A stretch of DNA of 64,000 bases from Botryllus schlosseri (lineage: Eukaryota). The position numbers were made by a program, and so were the translations under genes. The stretch lies in the NCBI GenBank assembly GCA_051294905.1, contig CM119379.1, positions 20,584,001 through 20,648,000 on the forward strand, given 5' to 3'. Position 1 is the first letter of the stretch. Each line of letters begins with the position of its first letter. Of this stretch, positions 14,001-29,000 are shown piece after piece. Below the pieces are notes generated by a model. The model worked only from the letters and a program-made list of their open reading frames with translations, ran no database searches and had not been told where the DNA came from.

Positions 14001-17000
14001 ATAGCTATTTCGCCTACCAACACTTCACCACTTCATTTCATTGCTTGTCCTTTTATGTTGCCTTTTGTTTCTTTCCATGTGCGTTATTTACATATTCTAG
14101 GCCAAGGTTGTTGTTTACTTGGAAGACTACTCCATGTCATTTCTGCTGCTCCCTGTCTTTTCGTTTTATCGTATTCTAGATGTGCTTCGAAATGATGAAA
14201 TTAATAATAATCTAAACTGAAGCTTACCAACTCCAAACAAACTTGGGCCCCAAGCTTTCTTAAATCTTATTATCACAGTTATATAACGTGTAAATGATGT
14301 ATATATGATAGTGATTGAATAATTGTCCGAGTCCAAATAAGTTATTTACCACTGCTACAGTTTTCTGAAAAGTCCTGTCTTTGAATGTACATTAGTCTCA
14401 TATCCAAGTGTTCTACATTGCTGAGAGTGGATTCCTTGATTGGTCTGCAAATTCAAATATCCACAAGACGTCACTAAAACAAGCGGAATATATTACCCGA
14501 TCCCTCTTTTCAGACGTATGGTCATCCCCATATACTTGGGGCGGGCTAGGAGTGCCAGGCGAGGGCGCTTTCGTGGTGATTCCGGTGGGACAAGACATCA
14601 TGATCGACCAAGACGTCGACACTCTCGAGATGTTGCTCATCGAAGGAGGACGGGTTTTCTTTGACCAGAAAGACATCGAATTCAATGCTAACTACATACT
14701 TATCATGGACGGAGGAAGATTAGAGGTAGAGATTATTGCCCGCGGACTTGACACAGTCTTTTTTACTTCTCTACTCAAGCAGAAGTGGAAGACTGTAAAT
14801 GTCTACTCAATTACAGGAGTAGTTATATATAAGTGCTTGAATAAAAAGTGCTTTCTAGTTTCCAAAGTGCAAAAAGTCAATAGTCATCGTAGTCAATGGA
14901 TTAAACACACAAACACTTGAGCGATTAGGGCGAGTACTTGGAAATCTTTTTAGTTATCAGTATCTCGTTACTGACCACCTAGTTATACAGCCTAGTTGGG
15001 CTCATGTCAATGATGCGAGTATCCCTCATTACGACGTCGGAACACTATGAATGATGTTGATATTTCTATCATGTGCCTTTTATGTTGCACACAAAGAATA
15101 TGATACCCGTTCTATATCGCATTAGATATGATTTGGTATTTTTTCGACCGTACCTAATGCATTGCACTTTGTGACGATGATGGGCTTTGATCCTGACTTC
15201 ACAGATGTGTCATTGAATAGTATATTCGTATTGAAATGAACCCAAATATTTTCGGCTGAAACTCATCAGGGGTAATCGTGAACAAGTAACAGAGAATCGG
15301 AAAGAACATTGTATTCTCTACTAGTTGCTGACGATTGCCCCTGACGAGTGTCAGCCGAAAATATTCGGGTTCATTACAATAGGAATATACTATTCAATTG
15401 TATATTGAAGTACTGTAACCTCCAAGATGCTCTTCAGATATCTCATTGTGTAGCCTTGTATTACATGTTTATAGACATCCGCAGTGGAAAATAGTATCGG
15501 AACTGTAATTCTGATCGATAAATTAACTCTTTCTGGCAAGGGGCGTAATATTTCAGTACTTGAAAAACTCGTCTTCTACTACTCGACTCAAATCAATGTC
15601 GTCATCCCTAGTTATAATATGTTTTGAAAGTTCATGTCAGAAATGTAAATGTAAATGCCGCAAACATTGTAAAGTGTGAAAAATCAGTAGTGGAGGTAGT
15701 CTACAAGAATGCATACTAGGGTAGGCAGTGAAATAAATCACTGCCAGCCTCATATATTCTTCACACCTTTGCCGTGATAGGTTGGGACTGAAGACGAACC
15801 ATTTCAACACAAAGCCATCATCACATTGCACGGGCACGTCAGATCGACCGAGATACCTATTTATGGTACAAAAGGCATCGGTGTGCGAGAAGGCACTCTG
15901 GATTTGCACGGGCAGTATGTTCCTGTAACGTGGACCAAACTCGCCCAAACTGTGGAGGCGGGAGAGTCCATCATTGTAGTCAAGCATCCCGTCACGTGGC
16001 AAGCTGGAGACAAAATCGTGATTGCCAGTACAGGTCGGTACATTTGAGTTACGAATTCAACAGAGGCAGTAGCTATCGTTGGTCATTAAGTAGAAATAGA
16101 AATAATGTCATAATTTTCTACTGTAGTGCTAGTAGAAATAGCAATTTTTCAGTAATTAAAATGTTATGTATTCGGGAGTTCTAAGCATTGGTTTGTCTAA
16201 AAATCTAAAAAGGGTACAGTTGGTCTAAAACAGGGACGGGCAACACACGGCCTGCGGGCCGGATCCGGCCCGCAAAGGGATTTTGTCCGGCCCGCGGACT
16301 GTTTTCCGTCTTACATGATAATGTGGCTCTCGGCCCCAGTCTGCAGAGATTCCCCACTACTTGCTTACTAGGTCCAATGTTGGTGACTGTACGTAATTAT
16401 ATACACCTATGAGCAGCGTGCGAGAGTGGAGCTTACGCGTAAGCTCGTCGAAGCGAGAAGACTTGCATTATCGGCATTTACGATGTACTCAACACTAATG
16501 TCGTTTGTGGTTATCATTGTGTTTGTCGACTACAATGGCCATTTACACCAGGCTGATATTTCTTATTTTTGATTCCGTAACTGCCGACATGTCGCACGGC
16601 ACACTTCTAGGCTTTTGTAAGACACCGTTTATGCCAGTGGTTGCCAACTCAAAATGAGTCGCGGACCACTATTCAAATTTCGTAGAGGACGAAGGCTGCA
16701 TGAATTCAATATCGAGAATAATTAGACCACACAGTTGAACAACGACGCTATCTCGTCACCTACTCAGCCCTAATGAATTGATATATTTGTAAGTTTGGGG
16801 CACTGGACTTATCGAACGCCTTGAAATCTTAATGAAGGATTGCTCCGTGTGTTGATTGATGAGAGAGAAGCAGAGACGGTGACACGTGTATGACAACGCT
16901 ATTCTCAAATCCACATTATCTTCGTCATTATTGGCGAAAAATGGCTGTGAAGTGACATTGCTGTCGTTAAAATACATTCATTAAGTACGATTTATTCCTC

Positions 17001-20000
17001 GTATATGCGGATAAATGGGCGAATAATGTATCGATTCAGCAATCCGGCCCGCCAAGTCTTTAATTTTCCTATATCTGGCCCGCCGACTGGAGAAGTTGCC
17101 CGCCCCTGGTCTAAAATATACCCACTTAAGGAGGTTGTGTAAGTACGTGAAACCATTCAAGTTCTTTGAAAAAGTAGAAGTTCTTCGTTACTGGACACCT
17201 TTGGAAATCGATTGTGCCTATTATTTCCTCACGAAACTTGATTTCTTCACTTTTTCAGTGTTATGCTTGCCAGTTGTGCCACCGCATTTTGTCGCTTGTC
17301 CTTTTATATTAATGTTCTGACCTAGAGATAGGCTTTATTAAACTTATTCTGTAACAAATGACAAATGAGATACACAGTAGTAGCAGTTCAAATACGATAA
17401 CGCAAGACCCAACACCTAAAGCAACTGACAAGGGACTACCTACTCACAACACTACGTAAGGAGAGTGAGCGTGATCGATCAAACAACTAATGATTGCAGT
17501 ACAGATAAGGAATGCCTCCTCTATATATCGCCTAGGCCAGTGGTTCTCAAACTTTTTTAGGCAGCTTCGCGCCCCCTTCAGGTGCTTTCCCGCCCCGCAG
17601 TTTGAGAACCACTGGCCTAGACCACTGGCCTAGAACTACTGGTGTCCGATCTCAAAGGCTACTCCAAGTCGTTTCGACTCCTTCCTATCTTCTCATTGTA
17701 GCGCAGTCTTGTGGTGTTTTGAAATGATGGAATTTTAATAATAAACTGAACTGAATTGTAATACACTGATCACAAAGGTTTGCTGTTTTATTTTGTGTGT
17801 GGATATTAACTTTTCCTTGAATGGATGTCGACTTCTGTCGAGATTAGGTGCAGGTGGACTACATAGACAGAATTTAAATATGATGACAAACACAACATAC
17901 AAGAATTAGACTAATACTCGGGGCGTATAGAGTGACGAATTGCTGTGGACTGATAGTTTTGCGTAAAAACTAATCCTCTATAAGCAAAATATGCATACAA
18001 ATTAATTTTATTATTAACCATGTGGATTTGTTTCGGATAAAAGGTGACAAATTCAGTCAAAATGAAAATGAAGAGGTTACTATCGCATCAGTGGCTGCTG
18101 ACGAGGTCACGATTACTCTTACCGATCCTGTCGAGTACAGGCATTGGGGGATAGAAGAATCGTTGTCAGGTGCGTCGAATGCTGCTTATCATCAAACGAC
18201 TTGAACAATAACTTGTAATCTGACATATTCCGTAGATGGCACTGTACTTCCCGCACAAGCGGAAGTCGGACTCTTGACCAGAAATGTTGTGGTCCGAGGT
18301 TCGAGGCATGCGGATTGGGACGAACAGATCGATGCTTGTCCGGACGGTTTCAATCCAGGCGAATTTGCAGTGCAGACTTGTTTTCTGGTAATGTCAGAGA
18401 TCTACCATGCATTCATTGTAAAGAATGTTGATCTTTACAAGACACAATATGATGTAATAAAATTGGTTTTACACGATGAACATGCACAAAGTGTGCCTAC
18501 AATGAGCCATGTCTAATTCTCTTATCGGTCATACCAGGGACGGCACGGAGCAGAAAGAGGATCGGACCAGTTTGGTGCGCAAATCATGTTCCACCATCCC
18601 TCTCAATCGCTCCAGCAAGCTTTCGGGCGTTTGTCTTATGTCGAATTCTATCACATGGGTCAGGCTTTCCGACTCGGGAGATATCCGATTCATTTTCATT
18701 TGATGGGCGACATGCAGTACAGGAATTACATCAGGGGATGCTCCATACACGAATCCTTCAACAGGTATCAGATTTAAGTCCTCAATTTCAATTATGCATG
18801 GCTATTTCACGTGGTTCTTATGAGGATTTTTCTCATTAAAGCTATCCATACTCAATATAAAACTGCTTTAGCACTTTGTTTCTGACCTCTGGTCATAAGC
18901 AATCGTTGAAATATTTGCTACAAAAATAGAATTTGTGCCCGGTTTTCAATTGCGTGCGTGATTTCTTCTCCAGAGCCGTGACAATTCACGACACTCACAA
19001 AGCTCTGGTTGAGAAGAACGTGATATACAACGCCATGGGCGGCGCCATGTTTATCGAAGACGGCATAGAGACCGGTAATATACTCCGGGAAAACCTGGTG
19101 GTATTCTGCCGACAGAGCACGTCGTTGCAAAACGAAGATATCACTCCAGCCGCGTTTTGGGTCACCAATCCGGACAATATAGTTGAACACAACGCAGCAG
19201 CTGGTGAGCATTTATATGTGTGCAGATGCGTAACTTACAAAAAAGCTTACTTCACTGGCATTACTAGACTCAAACATGTCCTGGAAGAGTCACATTCAGT
19301 CGCAGGAATAAAAATTATCAAAAAACTGTGGTTTGTTCTACAGCCTCAGAGACTACATGCCAGTCTGGGTCCTTCTGATACTCCTCAAATCATTTTTCCT
19401 ATCGAAGTTACAATATAACATCATCTGTTGGAGGGCTGCCAGTAAAGCTGCACTGAAGCCGCTACAAAAACTACAACACCAGGTCCTCCATATCATAGCC
19501 ATGGCCCCAAAGGGACCAGGATGTGTGTCCAACAAATCACTGCTCAAAAGATTCGGTGTCCTAAACATAAAAGATATCCGGAAACTAGAAATTGCAAAGT
19601 TTATGTATCAGTTCCACTGCGGCCACTGCCCCGAAAACTTCAATTGATTCTTTACCTCGGTATCAAAAGTGCATAAGTACGACACACATGAGTCCAAGTC
19701 GTCCAACTATCATATGGTGGACAAAAAAATATCATCGCTCTATCGAATATGCCAGACCTGAAGTGTGAAACAGTATCTCGCTGGCTATCCGACAGTGGTC
19801 GAGCATGTCCACATTCAAGTCGAAATACAAGCAATTTCTACTGAATGAATACTAGTCAGCCCTCACCATTTACCAGACCACTACCTGACGTATCGATCTC
19901 ACCTTCTGCAACTTGCCCCCTGATTTTATCACTTTCCATTTTATATTATCATCTTTTACTTTCATTCAGTGTGCACGCCTCCTCTTTCCATCGCCTAGGC

Positions 20001-23000
20001 CAGTTGGATGTCTGATCTCAAAGACTACTCCTATCATTGTATTGCAGTCTTGTGATGTTTTGAAGTGATGAAATTTTACGAAAAAACTTGAATTTGAACT
20101 TGAACTTTTAGTGCAATAGTGATTAAATTGTTAGGTTTGACTGAAAAGCACTGCACATTAAATTTATTTCAGTTATATCCAGTAGCAGCGAAACAATTCC
20201 AATTTCACACATTTTACAAAAAATACAGTCTTTTCAGTGGCAAATTTCGTTAGTTCGCGATGACCCAACATTATGTTGCAGGCTTGCCGAAAAGGAGAGT
20301 GCTGCGTTTTTTCGTGCGCTGTCATCTTGAGAATGATCTTTGATAGAGTTTGAATAAATACATCGTTGATTATCGGAAAAAAATTATGATTAGCTGTAAA
20401 TTAGTCAACTTCATTAAAATAACATTGTTGGAACAATGGTGATATAGTTTGTTGATGTTGTTTCATAAATTGTCATTCACGATCTTACGTCTCGCTAGTA
20501 GCGGGGATAATCTCGAATTCACAGACGCAAAGTCTTAGATTTGGATTCACCGATTTTGACACGGATGCATGTTTTTCACACAAGGCTTTGATTGCTTCCT
20601 TACGTGGTAATATTTGTCTGCCTTTCTAGGTGGAACACATTTTGGATATTGGTATCGAATGCACGAGAATCCGAGCGGTCCATCGTTCACCAATTCCATT
20701 TGTCCGAGGAAGATTGAACTCACAAGCTTCTACAATAATACCGCTCATTCGTTAGGATGGTTCGGACTTTGGATTTTCCCGGTATGTAAATTCAGAATCG
20801 TTTAGTATAGCTCGGTCTGATCACAGTTCAATATCTGTATGTTTTCACGGGCTTTAGTCTCATGAATGCAAACATATAGAATACAGTTGTTTTGAAATTG
20901 TACTGGCTGTAATGGAAATGACTGTCCAGCTCAGTCATTACACTGACTTTTCAGAATTAGGGGATCATATTACTATAATTTACATAGGATATGACGTCAA
21001 ATATACTGCTTTAGCACTCATTTTGAAGTCTGCTATGCTCACGTATGCTCGTTCCTTGGAGAAGAGTTGTTGTAGCTACGGCAATCCTAGTTCATGACAG
21101 CGACTTTAGCAACGTCGCTTCCCTACCATGTTGTCACTAACATCTGATTTTGTGACACAGGAATACACCCCGAAAGCTGGCTCATGCTGTAATTGCGAGG
21201 GAAACGGTATTGCCGAAATACGTAACTTCACCGTTTGGAACGCCGATAAGGGGGTGGAATTTGTCAACACCGGAGCTGTTCAAGTTCGAGACTCGCTGTT
21301 TTTTAACAACCGATTCGTGAGTATTTACGTTTGTCAGCTAGTCGATATTATCAGGAATTTAAATTGAATCACTGTCCAACAAAGCTAATATCACTTCTTG
21401 GTGCCATGAGGTGTTGTCCCAGAATATCGCCCATCAAATACTAAGTGGTGCATTTTTTTTGCAAAATGGCTGTAGCTCCGACGACATACCCAATTAACAC
21501 ATGTTGATAGACTAAACAGGATTATACTAAGGCGTAAGTTGCTTCATGCTACTTACATGACCATGAGGCAGACATTTCAAACGAAGTTGGAGTCTGGGGC
21601 TGGATTACGACCTGCAGGACGAACCAGTAAACTAATGGTAACACAGCAGCTCCCAATTATAAACAACATTGTCTTTTTTAAGGGGAAACTTGGCTTACCT
21701 TATTAGAAATTTGCTATGCTATTTGTGTTCAAAATGTTCTATATTTAGTCTTCTCTTTCTTTCTCGCTACTCTACTGCGGATGATGATCATTCAAATTTT
21801 CGGTAGCCCTTTCACCTACCTAGTCCGTGTCGTCTTTTGGGGATGAATGACTTATCAAGTTTATTTTGTCATGTTTCCTGCTCTGATTTGTAAAAAAAAC
21901 CGAAGTAATGTATGCCGGTAGACTTTTTGCTTGCTGACAGAGGACTACAACAGCTGAGGAAGGATAAGAAACGCTATTCGAGATTCTACAATATGTTTAA
22001 TTGTTCATTGGCTCGGTGTATTGTGAAAATAATCAGCTTGTTTCATGGAAATTCATATTGCAGGCTGGTGTTGAAGTGAAAATGATGATAGACCCACTTT
22101 GGGGTGAAGCAGGAATTTACGATTCTGTGATCGCTGGCCATTCTTCCATCTCGACACCGAGTAAGTTCATCAACTGTGTCTTATGCTGAAATATTATGGA
22201 ATGAACCACGCTGAACTTAATATTGGGTGGATCAATCACATTAGCGCTAATGCAAGCATTGAATATTCGCTTTTTCCAAGACCTACGTTTTTCCAAGAGC
22301 ACGATGATTGGAAAAAGTATTAGTTGAATTCAAATGTAAGAGTTTCGCATTCTTCAGATGATAAAAAAGGGAGCGCCATCGTATTGCCGTACACGGACGG
22401 TTGGGAAGTGAGCGGCGTCACCTTCATCAATTTTAACGATCCCGGAGAAGCCGTGCTCTCTACGACTACCATTGTTGGCACATGTGCGGAATATTGTGGC
22501 GCATTTCACTCAAAGTTCAGCAGCATAGGGCACGTCGCCGTTACAAACTTGGGAAAGTTCAGGTTGGTTGAACATATCATTTTATTAAAATTTTCATCAT
22601 ATCAATATACCAATCAATACAAAAATGAATGCTGCATGTGTCTGTAGGCAAGGTCGATATGTCAAATTGTCGTACGGTCATCTTGAGGGCTGACTAATAT
22701 TGATTCAGTAGATATTGCTTGCATCTCGATTAGTATACGTTGAACAATGTGACAGCTTCCATTTTAGCTGTGTAAAAAAGTATTCGCCTTCAACAGTAGC
22801 ATAAAAACATGCCAAGATTCCATTGAATCATCACATCAGATATCAAATGAAGGCCAAATCATTGATCCGCTTTTCCACCGTAAATTTAAAAATCAATTGA
22901 CTCCCATCTCTTATCCCATGTTGCTAATATTCTAGGCTAGCATGATTTGTGACAGCATTATTCTGTATGAGTTTGTTATGGTTGCTTTGTACTCCTATTG

Positions 23001-26000
23001 TCATTGGTAGGGCAAATTTGACAAATTCGGCAAGTTATGAAATATGTATTCCGAGTTACAGTCTAGTAGGAATATGTGACGTTTCAGGGTGTTACTGCAA
23101 AATTCGTAATTAGGTCAGGTATTCTTAGACTGGTTTTATGAAGTCTGTGAAATGACAATGTTGAAACTACAATTATAAAGCATAAAATTTCATTTTCCTT
23201 TATTCATAAGATCTGTCCTTATTTTTAACTTAATTGAGTGTGACGGGGACTCAGCGGAAGTGTTGACCATTTTTTCAGTCACCCGGTAGCTATACAACTA
23301 GTTCATATGTCAATCATGGTGGTAGCTCAAAGTGATGACCGCTGTTTTAGTCTTCAACTTCCCAAGCTTTATTCGGAATTTTGTGTAAATACAGTAAATT
23401 TTGGGGGCACGACCACCAAAATAATTTAGGAGTGTGCGCTGAAAATGTTTGAGAACCCTGGTTTAAACGATGTCCATATTTGAAATTCTTGATTTAATCG
23501 CATCATTTTGTGTACAGGTGGGAACACGAAAACTTCATTGAAGACGTGGACGGGAGTTTGACTGGTGCTGGAATGGCTAGAGTTGTCATACCGTCCACAG
23601 ACACTGCTCCATCAAGCTGTGTGGAGAAATCAGAGTGGAGTGTTGGCGGATATCCAGGTTTGATATTTCTTTTTTTAATGTGCCGCACACTAGCTATGCT
23701 GTTGTAATCTATTTTCTGCGATTTTCCTGCATGAGTTCATGGGGTTGCGACTGTTCCAGGTATGGAATGCCCGGATATGCGCCTTCACAGAGTGGCGTGG
23801 AATAACGCATTGCCAACGTCGCTGGACGGTTCATCGGCTAACCTGACTAATCAGCATGGCACAACAGAAGTGTTTTTTACGTGAGTGTTTTGTTGTGTGA
23901 CTTTTACACTCCGAGTACATCAGTAATAACAGTAGTGGTCTAGTAGCATATGCATATACAGTCATTAAATAACGTCGTGAAGCTGTTAAGCAGTAGTGGT
24001 TCAGTAATAAAGATATACTGGTTTGATCATAGGACTGAATTGCAGTAGTGGTTAGGTAATATATATAATGGGACGTAATACAGCAGGGGTTTGGCAATAT
24101 ATATGTAGTCATTAATCATCATGGAACCATGATACAGTAGTGGTTTGGTAATGGCCATGGAAATGTAATACGAATACCTGCGTTACTAGTACTGGCGCAG
24201 GCACGAATATTTAATACTTCAGTTGTTTTGTATGGTCGAGTTTGACAATTGGAATATTTGGTTGTATCAAGTCAGCAACGTAAGTAGAACTAACGGCTTT
24301 TTCAGATTTAAAGAAAGATATTGACAATATCTCTCTAAGATTCATCGTCTTGCTTCGTAGGAAAAAAGGAATGACGCATCCGTTAGGATGGAGGGCGTTG
24401 CTTTTCGACGGCATAAAGTACGAATGGCTGTTCGATCATTTGCCGCTACTGTCCAACATTACGTACTCTGCCATGTTTTCCAATTATCGGGTGAGCGATA
24501 CGGTTAATGTTCTTTCAAAATACACGAGACTATTTTTTTGGACTGTATCTTATCAAAGAGTGGACCTAAGAACGATAAACATGTTTTTCAAGCTGTTCAA
24601 ATGTTTGGTTGTAGCGGTGATTGTGTCATCTGGTGGTTTTTCCTATGGTTGTAATGTTCCCTGTTCAAGAAACTGCGTTTTTTTTTATAAAAAGGCTTAA
24701 TATTGGTATGTAAATGGCATATTTTTATCATAATAACAAATGGTGGTTCTAAATTATAAATTTGCGAGTATGACATACGCATGTAAGTACCAATTTCCTC
24801 TACCATCACGCACTGGCCTGTTTCGAAGCAAGACATTCCAAACTATTTCAATTTGAACCAGCATCTGTGTAAGCCACCAACCCCCAATTCAATGATTTGA
24901 AATTGACTCAAAACCTCCATTAGACTCATCAATGAATTTGTAATACTGTCAATCAAAATTTATTCACACTTTTTTCTTCGTGTGACTCGAGTCGGAAGCC
25001 TCCACAAAGTTTGTGGCGTCATGCTGGAATTTATAACAATACGTGTGATGCAGGAAATTCCATTACTTTTACAGTCTTCGGAATGCAATATCATCTCGCA
25101 CACGTTTACTTCCACCCCGGATCGTTTCACGATTGTGGCGGGGCAAGACAAAAATAGCACCGACGCTCCATTGTCCTGCTCAGATAATGAGCACGGAGAT
25201 TATTATTTTGACGAAACTACAAAGACACTGGAATATATCGGTAAGACTTTGACTCCACGCCAGCGGATCGCATTTAAGTTTGCGGATGCCTGGAATCCTG
25301 TTTTTGAATTTAGTGAAGGGAGAGAGTCTACTCTCAAGAAAGAAACGTGCGACGCAATCTCCGGATCCAAGCGCCATCAACCGAGATGTCAGCATCAATA
25401 TGTATCGATGTTTCTTCGAGGTACGTTAATTTCTTTCAAGACTGCATTCATTGCATGTAATTTATTACCTCGAAGTCTTTTTGGCACGATAACAAGCATA
25501 TAAACTGTGATCTGAGAAGTATGGTGTGGTGAAGTATGGTGAAGTATGGTGTGGCAATGTAGTTTTAAAAGAACGCCAAACGAAGTCAGCTGTACCTGGC
25601 AACTATGAGGTGGTCATAACAAGGAAACGTGAGAGTAAAAATTATGCAACACAAGGAGAGACCATAAACAGACGTATAGCAGTATACAATATTGAAAAAA
25701 TTTGAAATTGATTGGACTTGAAAATTTATATTTTGTCTCTTTGCTCTTCACAGGATTGTATACCTCCGCCAGATCCAAACACGGTCCCACCTGCACTCGA
25801 AAGGCCCAGAGATTTTGATCGGTGGTCGGACGCGGCCTACTGGCCGACAGGCACTGTGCCAGCGGCCGGAGAAGACGTCACGATACCTTCAGGTTTTTTT
25901 CCACATCAAATTTTCTCAGTCAACGAATAGTAGGAATGGAAAATAATTTGAAATTTTAATCGCTGATCACTAGGTCCGGCAAGGTCGAGTGTATCTTTCA

Positions 26001-29000
26001 TATAATTTCCTTAGGCAAACAATGCTGGATATTTTCTATGTACTCTCTGAGCGTCGTGTGGGAATATCTTTTCAATTTTACTTACAGGAGATTGGGTTGT
26101 GGTAGACGTTCCCACTTTAGAGATCGATACGTTCCTTGTTTACGGCGTGGCGGAATTCGAAAACACCGTACAAGACACTGAAATACCAAATAATTTCACT
26201 GTGAAGGCCAGGGTTATTTTCATTCGGGTTCGTATTTGAATTTTGCCGATTTACAAGTGCTGATTTGTATATCAAACAGTTTTGTAGTTGACGTATCAAA
26301 ATAATGGCCTACCACAAACTATTTCCCTATGCATCACACTATCTCCTGACTTGTGAGATGTAGCTTTGGATTTTGGAAAGCAGAATTTATCACTGTTGGG
26401 TGCCATTGCTGATTTAGAGATATGGAATTTGATTTCAAACGGCAATGAATCATGACTATTCCTGTTGCTGATTTAGAAATTTAGAATTTGATTTAAAACA
26501 GCAGTGAATCATCATTTTACCTTGAGCTACCTTTGATGAATATAGAAATTGAGAATTTGATTTAAAACAGCAGGAGATCATTCATTACTGTACCTTGAGC
26601 TAGCTTTGAGTACAATGCAGCATATCACGACAACTCATTTTCTTCGATACTTTCCAGGGTGGTAGACTCATCTTAGGCTGGGAGGACGATCTATTCCTTG
26701 GTCTCGCTGAAATCATACTCACTGGCGATATAAGCGACGATGAGTATGATCTGACGCAAGATGTGACTTTGGGTACGAAGGCTATAGGTAATTATAACTG
26801 CATGGGGTATATTAGTGTAAACAGTTCCAATACAAGATCATCTGTTTCAAATAGGTGCGTTCGGGGGATTAGATCTCCACGGAGCGGATGTAGCGACTGC
26901 CTGGACCCACCTACTCTACACAGCGATTCCTGGCGAGAGCACCATCATGCTGGCAGAACTAGTGGATTGGGTCGAAGGTGAGACAGTGATTTTATTTAAC
27001 CGTGTATTTATAAATTATTTTTCCGGTTCTTAGCCCACAGTGCCTGTTGAAGTCGTTTTTCTTTGATTTTCTTTACATTGAATGCTACCTTCCCAATAAG
27101 GGTACATTTGCTTTGAAGTGACACACGATTCTTTTCGTGCAGGGAACGAAATTATGATCACGCCGACTGCTTTTGATCCTTGGGAGGCGGAAATATTCAA
27201 GATTGAATCGGTGTTTGTAAATGCGGGAACCAACACTACCATGCTGCAACTGAACGTAACTCTTCAATATAAGCATTTGGGTAGGTTAATCGAATATAAT
27301 ACCACAGACAGTGTAAAAATGGTGTGAATATGGTTTTGTAGCGAGTGATTACACGTTCGGCAATGCCGACTACAGGATCGCCGCTGAAGTTGGGCTCTTG
27401 ACTCGAAATATCAAAATCCGATCAGATTGGAACGATGACTCCAGCGGGCAGTCTTTTGGCGGCCGTGTCGTCGTTGGAACGGTGAACTATCTGCTTTTAA
27501 TATAACTGCAAAATGAAAACATCCTTACTATTCGTTGAATATTTCGGTATGCCAAGTCCATTGGTAGCCAGTATGGTGTATTTCTACTAATTCAGAAGAC
27601 TCAAAGAAGGCATTGCTGGCTTGCGTCACTTACTTAAAATGGCTATTGATTTTATTGGTTTCGAGCTTTTAAGGTCAAACTAGGTCCTGCCCAACTGATT
27701 TTTTTACCTTCTTGGAAATCACTGCTACTACTATGGTAGAAACTTACAATCTTACTTCTACTTGTTGATGATAACTGATTAGACCACCTCTGTTCAATTC
27801 CTGGAAAGTATGTGGTTATCCGGAATACAGTAATAAATAATATTATTCCTATATGTAGCGATATATTAAATTCATTCGCCAAATATCTCATCTTCTTGTG
27901 TTTGAATTTAGATCAGTATTGGACGGCCTGGGTTGACATGTACATACTGATTTATAACGGTGTAATTCCTTGCATTTTTATCAGTGTCAGTAGCCTTACA
28001 CTCTCCGTTGTCAGCCTCGTGTGATATAGCAATAATTCTATATATTGAGTGCATGATTGGACAGGGGACACTGTCTTATCACCTGATTTTGAGCGGCAAT
28101 TTATCTGTTGTTGTAGATTCTACTGCAAAACACACAGTTTATCGGTTACGCCCGCGTTCAAAACGTTGAATTTATCGGGATGGGGCAAGAGGGATACTCC
28201 GATCGCAGGGACCCGAGATATGCATTTGTGTATTCCGAAACAGGTTTCTCCATCGTGTGATACATTTCTTGAATTGGGACTAGCCGATTGATTTGCGGCA
28301 GGCACACAGAACGGGATACGTCCGTCGTATTTGAAGAAATGCTCCTTCGCCCACAATTACAACACTGCGGTCGGGGCGTTCGGAGCTAACTCGATTACGA
28401 TGAGCGACAATGTTATCTACCACACTGTCGGTCCTAGCATACGGGTCCAAGGCGAAGATAACAGGTACAATTACCCTCAGATTTCGGGTTTCGTAAATTT
28501 TATCCCACTTGTAGCTTGAGTCGTCATTTCAAATGTTCAGGAATGCTATGGCAGAGTCGTATAAATACTAGGACTGGGCAATATCCAGTATTTGAGTGAT
28601 TCAATTATTAAGTTTCGTGTGATGTCAAGGTCCCGAGAGCCACCTATCATGACAATATACGCAATAATAATGACTTTAAAACATCACACCTGTATCTCTT
28701 TCGTGGCCACCAGGAACTTGTGGCCATTTAGATGTCATCCAAAATCTCCTATATCTGGACCAACAGTATTTCCCAAAGCTTTGTGAATATAACGAGGCTT
28801 GATCATTACTTGACGGAAGTGTGATTTCATAATAATTTGTAGTCTATGGAACCTATTTTTTATTTCGAGACTCCAGAAGTGGAGAGGAAGTATTGCATCT
28901 ATATATTTGTTATTAAATTTTTACTCTTGGTGCGAATGCTAGTACTTCCGTTATGTGACAAAATTGGCTGTCACAACTCTGCTCGAGTCAACGCGATTGA

